From Octopus vulgaris (taxonomy: Eukaryota): 64,000 nucleotides of DNA. Shown here one piece after another: positions 26,307 through 39,308 of this stretch. The stretch is taken from positions 31,186,001 through 31,250,000 of the forward strand of contig OX597823.1 of assembly GCA_951406725.2 (NCBI GenBank), written 5' to 3'. The notes beneath the pieces are model-generated. The model was given only the letters and a program-made list of their open reading frames with translations, was not told the DNA's origin and ran no database searches. Position 1 is the stretch's first letter; each line of letters begins with the position of its first letter. A program made the position numbers and the translations under genes.

Positions 26307-26640
26307 GTGAAGGAGCAGTGCATGCCATCAAAGTGACACTGGGGTAAAATATACGAAGCCTAGTATACCCATCATGACTACCCGTCTGATAAGGGTATAC
26401 CAGGCACATGCATCATAACCATATATGCGCGACATGGTGATCTCATATCAAGATAAACAGCACAAGACCTTGCAGGTGGGGCCCAGTTAGAATTTTCTTC
26501 TGGCCGAGTAAACCATCCCGCTCAAAAGGTCCCTGAATAAGGATTGTTTAAGGATGTTGAACGAACCATCCATGTTTCCAAGTATGAATCATCCAAACCC
26601 CAAAGAATTCTTCTCAACACATGGCTATGATGCTCCCCCA
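26306..26640 (-). mobile_element. Repeat family E, 5'-truncated retroelement 3' region inserted in (TAA)n
   Basis: Reverse complement of ~61265-61602; flanked on both sides by (TTA)n. Confidence 0.8.
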
Positions 26641-26646
26641 TTATTA

Positions 26647-26709
<63 letters not shown>

Positions 26710-26710
<1 letters not shown>

Positions 26711-27020
26711 GTTTGACTTTTGCTTTGCCTTTATACAAGTTGACTCCAAGTCTCACCTAGAGACCTCAAGAGACAACAATTTAGAAGTCCATGTTGGTGT
26801 TATGCCTAGGGTGCCATATAGTTGGTTTTGTACATAGTGTTGTTCTAGAGAATGTTTAAGAAACCATAAGAAAATGATGTATTTGTTTTAAAATTTGAGA
26901 TCACATGGTCAGTATTTTACGTAGGATATGGGCAGTTCTCATGAGCACTATCTTTTGTATTTCTGCCAATCTGGGGTTTCCTGATATCTAAGCTAGGTAG
27001 CAATCAGCCCCTATTGCTAT
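26710..27020 (-). mobile_element. Second R4/Dong-type 3' end
   Basis: Minus reads IAIGADCYLA*ISGNPRLAEIQKIVLMRTAHILRKILTM* (stop 26901-26903), then a ~190-nt UTR ending in (TAA)n. Confidence 0.75.
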
Positions 27021-27175
27021 TCTTCTTCTTCTTCTTCTTCTTCTTCTTCTTCTTCTTCTTCTTCTTCTTCTTCTTCTTCTTCTTCTTCTTCTTCTTCTTC
27101 TTCTTCTTCTTCTTCTTCTTCTTCTTCTTCTTCTTCTTCTTCTTCTTCTTCTTCTTCTTCTTCTTCTTCTTCTCC

Positions 27176-27250
<75 letters not shown>

Positions 27251-27689
27251 TTATTAATATTATTATTATTTTTATTATTATTATCATCATCATCATCATC
27301 ATCATCATTATTATTATTATCATTATTATTATTATTATTATTATTGTTGTTGTTGTTGTTGCTTTTGTTGTTGTTCTCCTTCTCCTCCTCCTCCTCCATC
27401 CTTCGCCTTTGTGGCAAGTAAATAAAATCATTATTATTATGTTTTTTAATGGAATTTTCCATGAGCAACCCACCAACGTCTCCTCCCTATTGCGGATTAC
27501 ACATTCTTGATTTCTTTCTTCCTTTCTTTTTAAAAAAAAATTGTCAGTCTTGTTTACACGCAAAACCCCCACAAGACACACTCACACACATACACACACA
27601 CACACATTCTTTGTTTTGTCCTGCATTGTCTTTAATGTCTGTCTTAATGTAAACCCTCGTGGTTAATAAAGAAATCATCATCATCATCA

Positions 27690-27765
<76 letters not shown>

Positions 27766-27810
27766 TATCATCATCATTATTATTATTATTATTATTATCA
27801 TCACCATCAC

Positions 27811-27858
<48 letters not shown>

Positions 27859-27862
27859 TATT

Positions 27863-27898
<36 letters not shown>

Positions 27899-27950
27899 AT
27901 TATTATTATTATTATTATTATCATCATCATCATCATCATCAACATCATCA

Positions 27951-28026
<76 letters not shown>

Positions 28027-28052
28027 TATTATTATTATTATTATTATTATTA
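27021..28052. repeat. Compound trinucleotide arrays (TTC, TTA, TCA, TCG) with short LINE-like 3' ends
   Basis: Seen directly. Confidence 0.95.
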
Positions 28053-28913
28053 GTTAGGGCTGTGCGTGGCAAAATATGAGCGTGAGACGCAAAGCCCCTG
28101 CAGTATTTTACCTTTTGGAGTTGATTCAATCGTCTTTTATGTGTCTCCTTTATAAAGAAACCCAAGTGTTTTGTGCTGAGGTGAATAATCTGCTTTAAAC
28201 TACAAAGATCAAAACGAGGCTCCATTTCAACTCCCCGCCATACTGTAGTTTTCACGTGTTTTTAAATAGATGTGCATGAGTCTATGTGACGAATCGTGTC
28301 GTTTGTTCCACTACTGAACACTTTCTGAGAACAATGAAGAAGGAAATTCCCAATGCTAGCTGTTTCTCCTTCAAATACATAATGGGCTGGGTTCGTTCTC
28401 ACGATAACAGATCACAACAACAAAACAAAGAACTTGTCAACAAAAGCATTTTTTTTCTTTCTTTCTTAATGAATCAGCAATCTTTGAGAAATATATTGTA
28501 CCTGGTATTTCACTGAATACAGCAGAAATCTTATCAGCGATTTGTCGCACGTTTGATCTTGTTTATAATTATTCAGCAGATAAATGTTGGGTCAGGAAAG
28601 ATTTCGTGCATGTTTAGTGTACAGGTGTGTGCGTGTGTGTATGTACATATGTGTGTGTGTGTGATGTGTGTGTGTGTGTGTGTCTTTGTGTGCGTGTGTG
28701 TGTACATGAGTGTGTGTTGGGAGAATGTTCGAGAATGTTTCTCTCATGTAAAACTAGAAAACTAATTTGTCATGACGAAATGAGTGTTAATTCTTTTGTA
28801 TTAAGAAATGTTATTACGCAACATATATTTCCCGAGATATTTCTGTTAACATTTATGTAATTGCAATCGTGTCTTCTATTTGACCTGATGGATGGTTATA
28901 CAAAGTAGCGAAA

Positions 28914-29395
28914 TACTCGGTTGCCAGATAAAGTTGCTCTTTTCTTTCCAATGTTATTTAAATTAAAACGAAATATATTTTTATAGTAATGTGTTATGGT
29001 ATTTTGTAGCCATGTTATCTATTGTTTTGAAATTTGAATAGATTCTACGTCTTTTTCAGTCAAATGACAATGGAATACTAAGTAGAAAAAAAAACACCTG
29101 CTTCTCTTTACTTTCAATCAAGGTTCCAAATCTATTGAGGTTGTTCGAGATATTTGTTCTGTGTACGGAAAAGGCTCCAAGGAAAGGAAATTCGATTTGA
29201 TAGACTTTGCGTTCCGACTGACCTGTACAGTTCAATGAGGATCGATTCAACAAGCCCATCCAAAGGTCCCTCGCCATTTTATTAGGAAATTAGCCTAGCA
29301 GATGAGATGCTCTCATACTACAATCGCCCGTTACCTTTAGACAATGGATAAGATGCAAAACCTCGAGGCATGGGTATCAAACGCTCTGAAACAAT
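28914..29395 (+). pseudogene. Mariner (Mos1-like) element 5' end with decayed transposase N-terminus
   Basis: Plus reads MEY*VEKK..HLLLFTFNQGSKSIEVVRDICSVYGKG...FDL.D...QMRCSHTTIARYL*TMDKMQNLEAWVSNAL (WVPHxL-like). TIR-like tactcggttgccagataaag at the start. Confidence 0.75.
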
Positions 29396-29403
29396 AAGGA
29401 TTA

Positions 29404-29634
29404 AGGCGGCAAGCTGGCAGAATCGTAAGCACGCCGGGCGAAATGCTTAGCAGTATTTCGTCTGCCGCTACGTTCTGAGTTCAAATTCCGCCGAGGTCGA
29501 CTTTGGCTTTCATCTTTCAGGGTCGATTAAATAAGCACCAGTTACGCACTGGGGTCGATATAATCGACTTAATCCGTTTGTCTGTTCTTGTTTGTCCCAT
29601 CTGTGTGTAGCCCCTTGTGGGCAGTAAAGAAATA
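29404..29634 (+). mobile_element. SINE family A monomer (tRNA-like head, Meta/MESC-like core, Tx1-like tail) with TSD
   Basis: A box gctggcagaatcg, B box gagttcaaattcc, core gccgaggtcgacttt.gctttcatc; TSD tgaaacaataagg at 29387-29399 and 29635-29647. The Meta-domain assignment is from recall. Confidence 0.9.
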
Positions 29635-29844
29635 TGAAACAATAAGGTTTAAAATAAATGGAAAAACAATGAATGCATTTATCGGATAATACAATACATG
29701 ACTTTGGGTAGTTTACATGTCGTAGAGAAAAAATACATGTGAAACCATTTAAGATTGACTCTTCGTATGAGATTTAAATATTTTCATTAACTATTCATTT
29801 TTTTTTCTTTCAGATGCATCCGATTCCTTTTCTTCACATCATCA

Positions 29845-30115
29845 TCATCAAACCCCTAGACATTATATCTCCAATCCTAGGGCTTAAAGGCCCGTCACTT
29901 GGTTTCAGTGACGTGTAAGCGACCGAAATCATAACATTCCTCATGAATAAGGCACTCGTCCGTCAGAGGGTAACTCATTTACAGCTGAATGGAGTAACGT
30001 GAAAGGACGTCTTCTGCTGAATAGCACAACGCACCGCCCAGTCCGGGAATTGTAATCGCGATCTTGCGATCTTGAGTGCAAAACCCTAACCACTGAGCCA
30101 CGTCCCTTCGCTTCA
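29845..30115 (-). mobile_element. tRNA-derived SINE related to family D
   Basis: Minus head gtggctcagtggttagggt...; tail resembles 62410-62470. Confidence 0.65.
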
Positions 30116-30219
30116 CGCCGCAAAAGAAATTATTCAACATCTGTAACTTCATTGTAGAACAGCTCCTTGAGACATATCTATATGTTATAAGAGGAATATT
30201 AGCGGCTATATTATTAATA

Positions 30220-30428
30220 TTGGTTTCAAATTTTGGCTCAAGGCCAGCAATTTCTCCAGGATGGAGTAAGTAGATCGGATCAACCCCAGTGTTCAATTGA
30301 TATTAATACTTATTTTATCGATGAACGTCAAAGTCGATCCCGGCGGAATTTGAACTCAGAACGCGAAGAACAAAACACCGCTTAGCATTATACCCGGCGA
30401 GCTAACGATTCTGCCAACTCGACGCCTT
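30220..30428 (-). mobile_element. SINE family A, diverged
   Basis: ggcggaatttgaactcagaacg core and aaattttgg..caaggccagc tail. Confidence 0.8.
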
Positions 30429-30467
30429 GGATGTATTATTAATATTGGTGGCCATAGTAGATACTTT

Positions 30468-30790
30468 GAAGGCGCGTGGCTTAGTGGTTAGGGCATTCGA
30501 CTCACGATTATAAGGTCGTGAGTTCAAATCCCAGCGACGCGTTGTGTCCTTGAACAAGACAATTTATTTCACGTTGCTCCAGTCCATTCAGCTGGCAAAA
30601 ATGAGTTGTACCTGTATTTCAAAGGGCCAGCCTTGTCACACTCTATATCACGCTGAATCTCCCCTGAGAACTACTTTAGGGGTATACGTGTCTGTGGAGT
30701 ACTCAGCCACTTGCACGCTAAATTCATGAGCAGGCTGTTCCGTCGATCGGATCAGCTGGGACCCTCGTCGTCGTAACCGATGGAGTGCTC
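30468..30790 (+). mobile_element. SINE family D, near full length
   Basis: A box tggcttagtgg, B box gagttcaaatccc, then V-like gtgtccttgaacaagaca. Other copies at 17313-17625, 34645-34855, 52265-52420, 53005-53210 and 62245-62330. Confidence 0.85.
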
Positions 30791-30839
30791 AGTTTTTAGT
30801 AGATTAGTATAAGTGGCTGTAATATTATTGGTAGTTTAA

Positions 30840-31238
30840 AGGCGGCGAGCTGGCAGAAACGTTAGCACGCTAGGAGAAATGCTTAGCCGTATTTCGTCTG
30901 CCGTTACGTTCTGAGTTCAAATTCCGCCGAGGTCGACTTTGCCTTTCATCCTTTTGGGGTCGATTAAATAAGCACCAGTTACGCACTGGGGTCGATATAA
31001 TCGACTTAATCCGTTTGTCTGTCCTTGTTTGTCTCCTCTGTGTTTATCCCCTTGTGGGTAATAAAGAAATAGGTATTTCGTATATCTCTATGTTCTGAGT
31101 TCAAATTTTGCCGAAGTCAACTTCGCCTCTCATCCTTTCGGGGTCGATAAATTAAGTACCAGTTGCGTACTGGGTCGATCTAATCGACTGGCTCCCTTCC
31201 CAAAAATTTCGGGCCTTGTGCCTAGAGTAGAAAAGAAT
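30840..31238 (+). mobile_element. SINE family A dimer (head-core-tail1-core-tail2)
   Basis: Junction taaagaaata|ggtatttcg at ~31070; ends gggccttgtgcctagagtagaaaag. Confidence 0.9.
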
Positions 31239-31499
31239 ATCATTGATAGTTATATCAGTTAGTATTTGTGGCTATATTAGTTACTATTGGTGGTTATAAT
31301 AGTCAATAGTGGTTTGGTTATAATAGTACGGTATTTAGTAGTGGTTACTATGATAGTATTGCTGGCAACGGTTGTTTCTAATAGTGCTTATGGTAGTTAG
31401 TACTGGAAGCTATTGTTGTAAGTATAAGTAACATAGTATATGTCACAGTAGTGGCTATAATAGTTCATATTGTGGTTATAGATTTGGTGGTTGTTTTTG

Positions 31500-32200
31500 G
31501 TTGACAACTGTACGACAGATGTTTAAGGAACGTTTGCGAAATATTTCATTGTTTGATAAATGCTTGATACTTGTTTGTTTTCAAACTAGGGCGAAATTCA
31601 AGTAGTTTCCCCTTGTGTGGCGATATTTATAGGCCGAATTCTTTGAAGATATTTACAAGATCCCTTCTGAACTTATTCATGGCGTAGTCGTTCTTATACG
31701 TAGTAGTTCTTAAGATTGCCAGTCCATCGTCCCTGTACAACGCTGAATGTCAGCATTGGCAACGTCTGTTTTTAGAGTATCCAGGGAAAATAGCCCGACG
31801 CGGTCGGTAATCTCTGCCGCGTCAGAGTTCCCATGAAGACCTCGAAGAATGGGTTCCTGGCCTTTTTCTGCTCTAACAATACCATCGTAAAATAGGAGTA
31901 ACTCCCTAGTGCTGAAAATAATTCTGTCATAGAAGTCTCTAATTCTTGTAAGTTCTCTATCGAGGTCTGAGATTTTTAGATGGAGGGGTTTACATTCTGA
32001 AGGGTAGATCTCCACAATTTTAAACTGGATGAAATACACGAGTTGCTTTTTATCCTCGACGTTGTAGAACCAGTTAATTACAACGGTGCTGCAGTCCCCA
32101 TTCAATCAACTCTGTCGCCTTCTGATGTCAGAGCTGATGGCATCGAGAATACATTTGCTTACTATGACTCTCCTGCTTTTAGTCGTGTTCATTAGACTGC
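31500..32200 (-). pseudogene. Penelope-like reverse transcriptase fragment, Naiad/Chlamys-like
   Basis: Minus reads STVVINWF...FIQFKIVEIYPS...RELLLFYDG...NSDAAEITDRVGLFSL, frameshift, YRDDGLAIL...RRDLVNIFKEFGL*I. Confidence 0.75.
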
Positions 32201-32260
32201 ATTTATGCATTCATACACAAATATACACACACATACTCTTATATAATATTTATGTATATC

Positions 32261-32301
<41 letters not shown>

Positions 32302-32484
32302 CCATATATACATTTATATTTATATGTCTATGTACACAAATATACGTTTATGTATATATATATTTACATGTAGAAACACGTATGCGTATGTATGCGAATA
32401 TATGCACAAACACGTTTACATGTATGTATATATATTTGTGTGCGTATATTAACACATACACACACACATCTCACACACACACAC

Positions 32485-32521
<37 letters not shown>

Positions 32522-32847
32522 CGTATTCGTGTGCGTGCGCGCTTGTGTGAATTTGAGTCACTGATTGACAAATTAGATATAAAAGCATACACAAGCACAC
32601 ACCTGTAAAGTGTGTGTGTGTGTTCGTGTGTGTGTGTGTGTGTGTGTGTATACATATATGTACATAGAAGTGTATGCATACACGCATACACACATAGACG
32701 TACGCCATGGTGGTGGAGCTGGTTATGCAATTTTAGCGAAGTTTCTGCGTCTATGATATTGATGAATATGAGACGGGGGTGGAGTCGGTAATAACTGTGA
32801 ATGTTCTGAATGTGTGTGTGAGTGTGTATGTGTGTGAGTGCATGTGT

Positions 32848-32898
<51 letters not shown>

Positions 32899-33554
32899 TG
32901 TATGTTTATACGTTTATCTCTCATTCTCACTCACTCATTCACAGATAATCTTTCTCTCTCTTTCTGTCTGTCTGTCTCTGTCTCTCTGTCTCTCTTTGTC
33001 TCTTTCACTCTCTATCTTTCTCTCTCTCTTCCTTTCTCCCCATCTATTCACGTTAATGGAGGCCTGCGCTTAAAAATACATGTTGTTGATTTTGAAGGAG
33101 CCTTGAAGGTGCCTTGAATCTAGCTTAGAAACCGGTACTTTCGGTATTGGAAAGAAATCTTGAAATAAAATGAAAAATGACATACATACATGCACACATA
33201 CATACGTACACACACACACACACACATACATACATACATACATACACACATATATATATATACGATTATATAGATAGATACTGATATCCATACATGCGTA
33301 TAGAGACTCCACTGGTCAGCTTTATTTGCGTTCATTTTGTTTCTTCAGACTTGCTTTGTAATACAGAATCTATTGACGGGTCATAAAAATAATGGATCGA
33401 CTGATTACCATAGGATCTTGAGGTAAAGAATAAAGCAAAAACACACCCACGTTGCTTTATATATAGAATGTGTTTCCAGTCAAATAAAAATGTAGGATGT
33501 GTGTGTATGTGTGTGAGAGAAAGAGAGTGAGAGAGAAAGAGAAAAAAAGAGAGG

Positions 33555-33585
<31 letters not shown>

Positions 33586-33730
33586 GGAATGAGAGAAGAG
33601 AGAGAGAGAAGAGAGAGAGAGAGGGGAAGTGAGAGTAAAATACAGAAAAAGCGACAGAAAAAAGGAGAGAGCGAAAGAAGAAGAGAGACAAAGTGAGGGA
33701 GAGAGAAAGAAGATAGAAGAAAAGTGAGTG

Positions 33731-33778
<48 letters not shown>

Positions 33779-34069
33779 AGTAAACAAACATTTATTCTCT
33801 GATGCAATTTCAAGCTCTTCTCCGTTTGCCAAGTTAGGAGTGTCTGCGCGATGTTGTTTCGCTGATGGAGCCATAAATATTGTCGTCAGTTCATAAAGGA
33901 CACGCACCAGTCTTTCTTTCTTTTTTTCTTTTTTTCTTTTTTCTATTTCTATTTTCTTAACCCGCAGGATTCCTCCCAAGGCCGGTCACACGATTTTCAT
34001 GGCCTACAAGTAACTGAGATTACAATATTTTCCTTGAACAAGACACCAGTCCGTTGCAGGATTGAAGGC

Positions 34070-34265
34070 CAGCTATTTTGCGGGAACGAGGAGGAAGAGA
34101 TTACATCGAGACCCGGTGCTCAACGGACACTTTATTTTATTGACTCGAAAGGATGAAAGGCGGAGTTGACCTCGGTTGAATTTGAACTGAGTACGTAAAA
34201 ACATGGAAGAAATGGCGCTACACATTTTGTACGACGTGCTAACGATTCTGCCAGCTGACTGCCTT
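34070..34265 (-). mobile_element. SINE family A, diverged
   Basis: gaaaggatgaaaggc..agttgacctcgg core and gctaacgattctgccagct head. Confidence 0.8.
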
Positions 34266-34877
34266 TCAATAACCATACATAATGTTGTTCAATTAGGCTA
34301 TTAGCTAATCATTTAGTATGAAAATTTAGCTACGCATTTGATTATTAATGCGTGGTTAGACAAATCAATTACTGGAAAGTATAAGAGCAGGGGTCGGGAG
34401 GTAGAAACTACGATGCTGGCATGTTAAGTGTTTCTATCACTCGGCAATATCCTCTACTGTATTTGCTCACGTTAAAAGATAATAAGATAGAATGAGTGGC
34501 CTGCAAAGTAGGGAGATGAAAAGGAGAACAAACAATAAAACTTTCTTTTTAATGTTTAACCGTGTTGTCTTGAAATAGATGAACGGCTACAGCCTATCCT
34601 GGTTCTATTTCAGTCCGAAATTGAGCGTTTAAATGCAAGAAAAATGGCGTAGCACTCATGATAATAAGATTACACTCATGATAATAAGATTGTGGTTTCG
34701 ATTCCTGGACTGGGCAATGTGGTGTGTTTTTGAGCAAAGCAGTTCATTTCACGCTACTCCAGTCGACTTAGCTGGTAAAAGGGAATCATCCTGCGGCAGA
34801 CTGGCAACCCTTCCCGGTGGGGAATATACACGCCGCAGAATTCGGCGACCTAAGGGACATACACACACACACACACT

Positions 34878-34929
<52 letters not shown>

Positions 34930-34967
34930 CACACATAGATATACATTCAGATATACATATACATATA

Positions 34968-35386
34968 TATTTCTGTACTACCCACAGGAGGCTAAACATA
35001 GGGGCGACAAAGAAGGACAGACAAAGTAATTAAATCGATTACATCAACCCCAGCGCGTAACTGGTACTTATTTAATCGACCTCGAAAGGATGAAAGGCAA
35101 GGTCGATCTCGGCGGAATTTGAACTCATAACTTAACGGCAGACGAAATACCTATTTCTTTACTACCCACAAGGGGCTAGACACAGAGAGGACAAACAAGG
35201 ACAGACAAACGGATTAAGTCGATTATATCGACCCCAGTGCGTAACTGGTACTTAATTTATCGACCCCGAAAGGATGAAAGGCAAAGTCGACCTCGGCGGA
35301 ATTTGAACTCAGAACGTAACGGCAGACGAAATACGGCTACGCATTTCGCCCGGCGTGCTAACGTTTCTGCCAGCCTGCCGCCCTTA
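34968..35386 (-). mobile_element. SINE family A dimer (head-core-tail1-core-tail1)
   Basis: Junction gacgaaatacc|tatttctttactaccc at ~35150. Confidence 0.9.
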
Positions 35387-35446
<60 letters not shown>

Positions 35447-35484
35447 CACACACATATTTAAATATATATATATATATATATCAC

Positions 35485-35697
35485 GTGATCACGTGGCCGA
35501 CCAGACCATCAGATGTTGTTACACTTCGCTGGTTAGAATGCGTTCGCATTGTTTTAGGCCAACTGTAGAGAGAGTGGGAGAAAGAGTACAGCAGGGATCA
35601 CCCACCCTCTTCCGGAGCCTCAATAAACACTCACAATGCCCGGCCTGGGAATCGAAACAGCGAGTCCGCTGCCATAACCACTGGGCCATTGCGCCTC

Positions 35698-35698
<1 letters not shown>
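35485..35698 (-). mobile_element. SINE family C, internally deleted
   Basis: Reverse complement similarity to 36149-36435. Confidence 0.8.
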
Positions 35699-35765
<67 letters not shown>

Positions 35766-36088
35766 TATATATTTGTCAAAGAAAATATTTCTCTCAGCGT
35801 TCACTATTTTCCCCTCGTTCAGGTCAAACGGCCCTCCATATTTTGTTTTCCTTCGGTTTCCCTGTATGTCTCCACTGTCCTGTTTATGTTCCTGACTTTG
35901 ACCCTCATATTGGTCATTGAATACCGGAAATGGGGAGGAGATAGACAGCCGACAACTGATGAAAGGTCATTCTTTGTATTACTTGTCCCTTTTTTCTCTC
36001 TCGTTATTTGCGTATTTAACTCATTTATTTTCGTATCTCATGTTGTTTACCGTTGGTGACATCCTGTACCCATATATGCATATTATAT

Positions 36089-36148
<60 letters not shown>

Positions 36149-36151
<3 letters not shown>

Positions 36152-36435
36152 GGCGCAATGGCCCAGCGGTTAGGGTAGCGCACTCGCGGTTGTAGGATCG
36201 CGGTTTCGATTCCCAGATCGGGCATTGTGAGTGTTTATTGAGCAAAAACACCTAAAGCACCACGAGGCTCCGACAGGGGGTGATGGCGATCCTTGCTGAA
36301 CTCTTTCGCCACAACTTTCATTCTTTCTTCTGTTGGACTGCTCGCTTAGCCAGCGCTGTGGTGTCATTTGAAGGCTAAATCAATGCGAAACGCATTGTGA
36401 CCAGCGATGTGTGGCAACATCTGATAGCCTGGTCG
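36149..36435 (+). mobile_element. SINE family C (tRNA-derived)
   Basis: A box tggcccagcggttagg, B box ggtttcgattccc; further copy at 58560-58706 (minus). Confidence 0.85.
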
Positions 36436-36839
36436 CACAGAAGAACGCGTTTATGGTGTGAAAGAGAGGGTGCGCTGCACTGTTTTTCAGTGCCGGATCA
36501 TTCTTTAATATGCAATTCTTCAGATACTGATTCCTCCAATCCCCATCAGGTTCTGTTGAAAATTTATGGGATCTCACCCACTTGCAAGAAATTCTTTGTG
36601 CCAATCCTTGCTGTAAATACTAGATTCAGGCATAACCTTTATTCATTTGGGGTTTATTAAAAGAAACGTTCCGAAGTAGTTTTTATTAATAAAAAGCATA
36701 TTCAGTGGTAAAAACAGACTGAAAGTATACAATAAATATACTATAATGAAAGCGAATTTTGTTCGGCCACAAAATAAACAACTTTTATTATCGTTATATA
36801 ATAATTGTCAGCTGTTTTCTGCAAGGTTGCTTTCCTCGA

Positions 36840-38350
36840 ATACGTTTTAGTATTTCAGGAAACGATAACAAAAAACTACTTTTCAAAACACATGAGATTC
36901 TGCCACATCTTACCATTTTAATGTTGGCACATTGGATTAACAGCTTCTGCCAGAAATTCGATAGCATTCGCAATTGTATAGAGTGTAATCACAGCTATTC
37001 GGCAGCTGATCACAAAGCATAAGATAAACTTGGTGGCAGCCATCTTTGACAATAATTGTTTATACATTCATTTTTAGGATATATCTATTCTCTTTTATCA
37101 CGAGTAGTTGGTATAAAAGAATACCGCGTTAAATGAAACAGTGGTGAATGAATAATTTTGTTAGTTTTCTAGTAGTATGTTGAAGGGCACTAATACAAAA
37201 ACCGTATAAAAAATATGCAACCTCACAGCATGTTGATGTGAACACGAGTATTTTGAGTAGCTGAGCACTATGAGCAGTCGCTGGAGCACATTCTGCGGTT
37301 CAATAAGAACCTTTGACTCATCACCGATCCCTGTTATCATAAATTAATCCGTAATAAGCGTCCTATGGTTCACAATTAATCATATCGTGTTATTCTGGAC
37401 CAGCGATGAATGAGTGATAAGCGAGGAAAGATATAACAAGTTATCTACTTCCTGTATTCTTCTTCAAACAACAGAAGTGAGTTAATCAATGATTCTGATA
37501 TTCTTCAAAATGAATCTGGTCAGTGTTATAAGTAAGCGAGTCAACCTCACTTGGCCTCTCACTGTCAAAAATATTATTTTCCCTTCTGTCTCCGGATACT
37601 CAGACAGAAGATTCTGTGCAGCATTTATAGTTATATCTTTCGAACGAATATTATGTGTAAGCGCATTTTTTCTCAACTATAATGAGCCCAGTAAAAGATA
37701 ACGGCATATAAAAGATGTCCACCCTCCACTAGATATCTCTGTCTTTGTAGAAGCATTTATCAGTGCCACATCAGCTTGATTACTATCATTCTCACAGGTG
37801 TACATTTGAGGAAGAAAATAGACAATAATTGTTATCCAATGATCATTTCGTTTTGAAAGAATCTCTGTAAAGAAGTAAATGTTATCTACTCGTGCTGTCT
37901 TCTGCTCACAGTTCAAGATTTTAAGCTAACAGGTGTTATCTTTTGATGTAATTCCGTTGTTGTTTGAAAACTTGTTTTCTTAATATTTACACAAGCACGA
38001 AGTTTTTAATACACACGATTGTCTTGCGACTGCCTGCAGTGAATTTGTGTTCGCGGTTATAAAAAAGAAGAAAACCCAAAAAATAACTGCGTATGAGTGA
38101 ACTACTATTCTGCGAACAAACGTGCCGCTTGGGGAATCTCTTCAATTTGCCACTTTCCTTCCTCCTGTTTAGGTATATACAGCAGATCTCAAAGTACCAC
38201 TCCCATAAAATCGTTATACTACATCAAGACATTCGGCAAAATTTTCTTCAATCTTTATTATTGGTTTGTTTATTATCCGATTTCTCTCACTCCAAAAGAT
38301 CATATAGTTGAGGACTACAAGTACTAGTCACTCTTTCCTCCGTCCAGAAA
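36840..38350 (-). pseudogene. Decayed, probably transposon-borne ORF with Ulp1/C48-like protease motifs and upstream piggyBac-like motifs
   Basis: DITINAAQNLLSEYPETEG (~37585-37640); DQLPNSCD/LYTIANAIEFLAEAVNPMCQH*NGKMWQNLMCFEK/LSFP (~36855-37010); ECLDVV/YNDFMG...GKW (~38150-38235). Many stops and frameshifts. Confidence 0.5.
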
Positions 38351-38689
38351 TGTCAATACAAAACTTCTGATATTTGTCCAACAAATTCCCGGGACTGACC
38401 ATCTATTCGCATATCAAAATATTATTACTTTGTCTTTATAATCTTAAAAATAAACTCGATGATACTGGTTGCATATGTCTGTTTCGACCGCTGGCTCATG
38501 AAATATATTCAATAACAGCAATTATGCACTCAAAGTCATCGTTTTTTAAATATGACCTATTAATTTAAAAATAAAATTTCTTGGGTCCTATAACTCATGA
38601 AACAGGTTACCCGGTTTCTCGTGGCATATAAGTAATCGGGACCACAACATAGCCCCTGAATGGGATGCCAGTCTGTTGCAGACTTTAAA

Positions 38690-39308
38690 GCCCGCAACTT
38701 TTTTGAAGGGAGGTGGTGAATCAATTTCATCAACCCCAGGACTTGCCTAGTGTTTTATTTCATCGACTCCGAAGAGATGAAAACCAAAGTTGACTTGGGT
38801 GTTATTTGAAATCAGAACGTAAAGAGGCGCAGGAGTGGCTGTGTGGTAAGTAGCTTGCTAACCAACCACATGGTTCCGGGTTCAATCCCACTGCGTGGCA
38901 CCTTGGGGAAGTGTCTTCTGCTATAGCCCCGGGCCGACCAAAGCCTTGTGAGTGGATTTGGTAGACGGAAACTGAAAGAAGCCTGTCGTATATATGTTTA
39001 TATATATATATATATGTGTATGTATGTGTGTCTGTGTTTGTCTCCCTAGCATTGCTTGACAACCGATGCTGGTGTGTTTACGTCCCCGTAACTTAGCGCT
39101 TCGGCAAAAGAGACCGATGGAATAAGTACTGGGCTTACAAAGAATAAGTCCCGGGGTCGATTTCCTCGACTAAAGGCGGTGCTCCAGCATGGCCGCAGTC
39201 AAATGACTGAAACAAGTAAAAAGAGTAAAAAAAAAAAGAGAGCCGGAAGAAACGCTCTAAAGCATTTTGTCCTCCGACGTGCTAAAGTTTCTGCCAAACC
39301 CTTGCCCT
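38690..39308. mobile_element. SINE family B (38825-39230, plus) nested in an older family A copy (minus)
   Basis: Family A core at 38690-38822 and head at 39240-39308 are split by a full B copy. Confidence 0.85.

Noticed and set aside
26988-28255. Poly-K, N, D, I, R and M ORFs
   Set aside because: Trinucleotide arrays; only the last few codons near 27000 belong to the R4/Dong remnant.
30468-30540. tRNA gene (also at 36149 and other SINE heads)
   Set aside because: A and B boxes are present but each continues into a SINE body, with no proper acceptor stem or T-run terminator.
33090-33150. CTTGAAGG...GAAACCGGTA hammerhead-like pattern
   Set aside because: Core and stems too degenerate to support.
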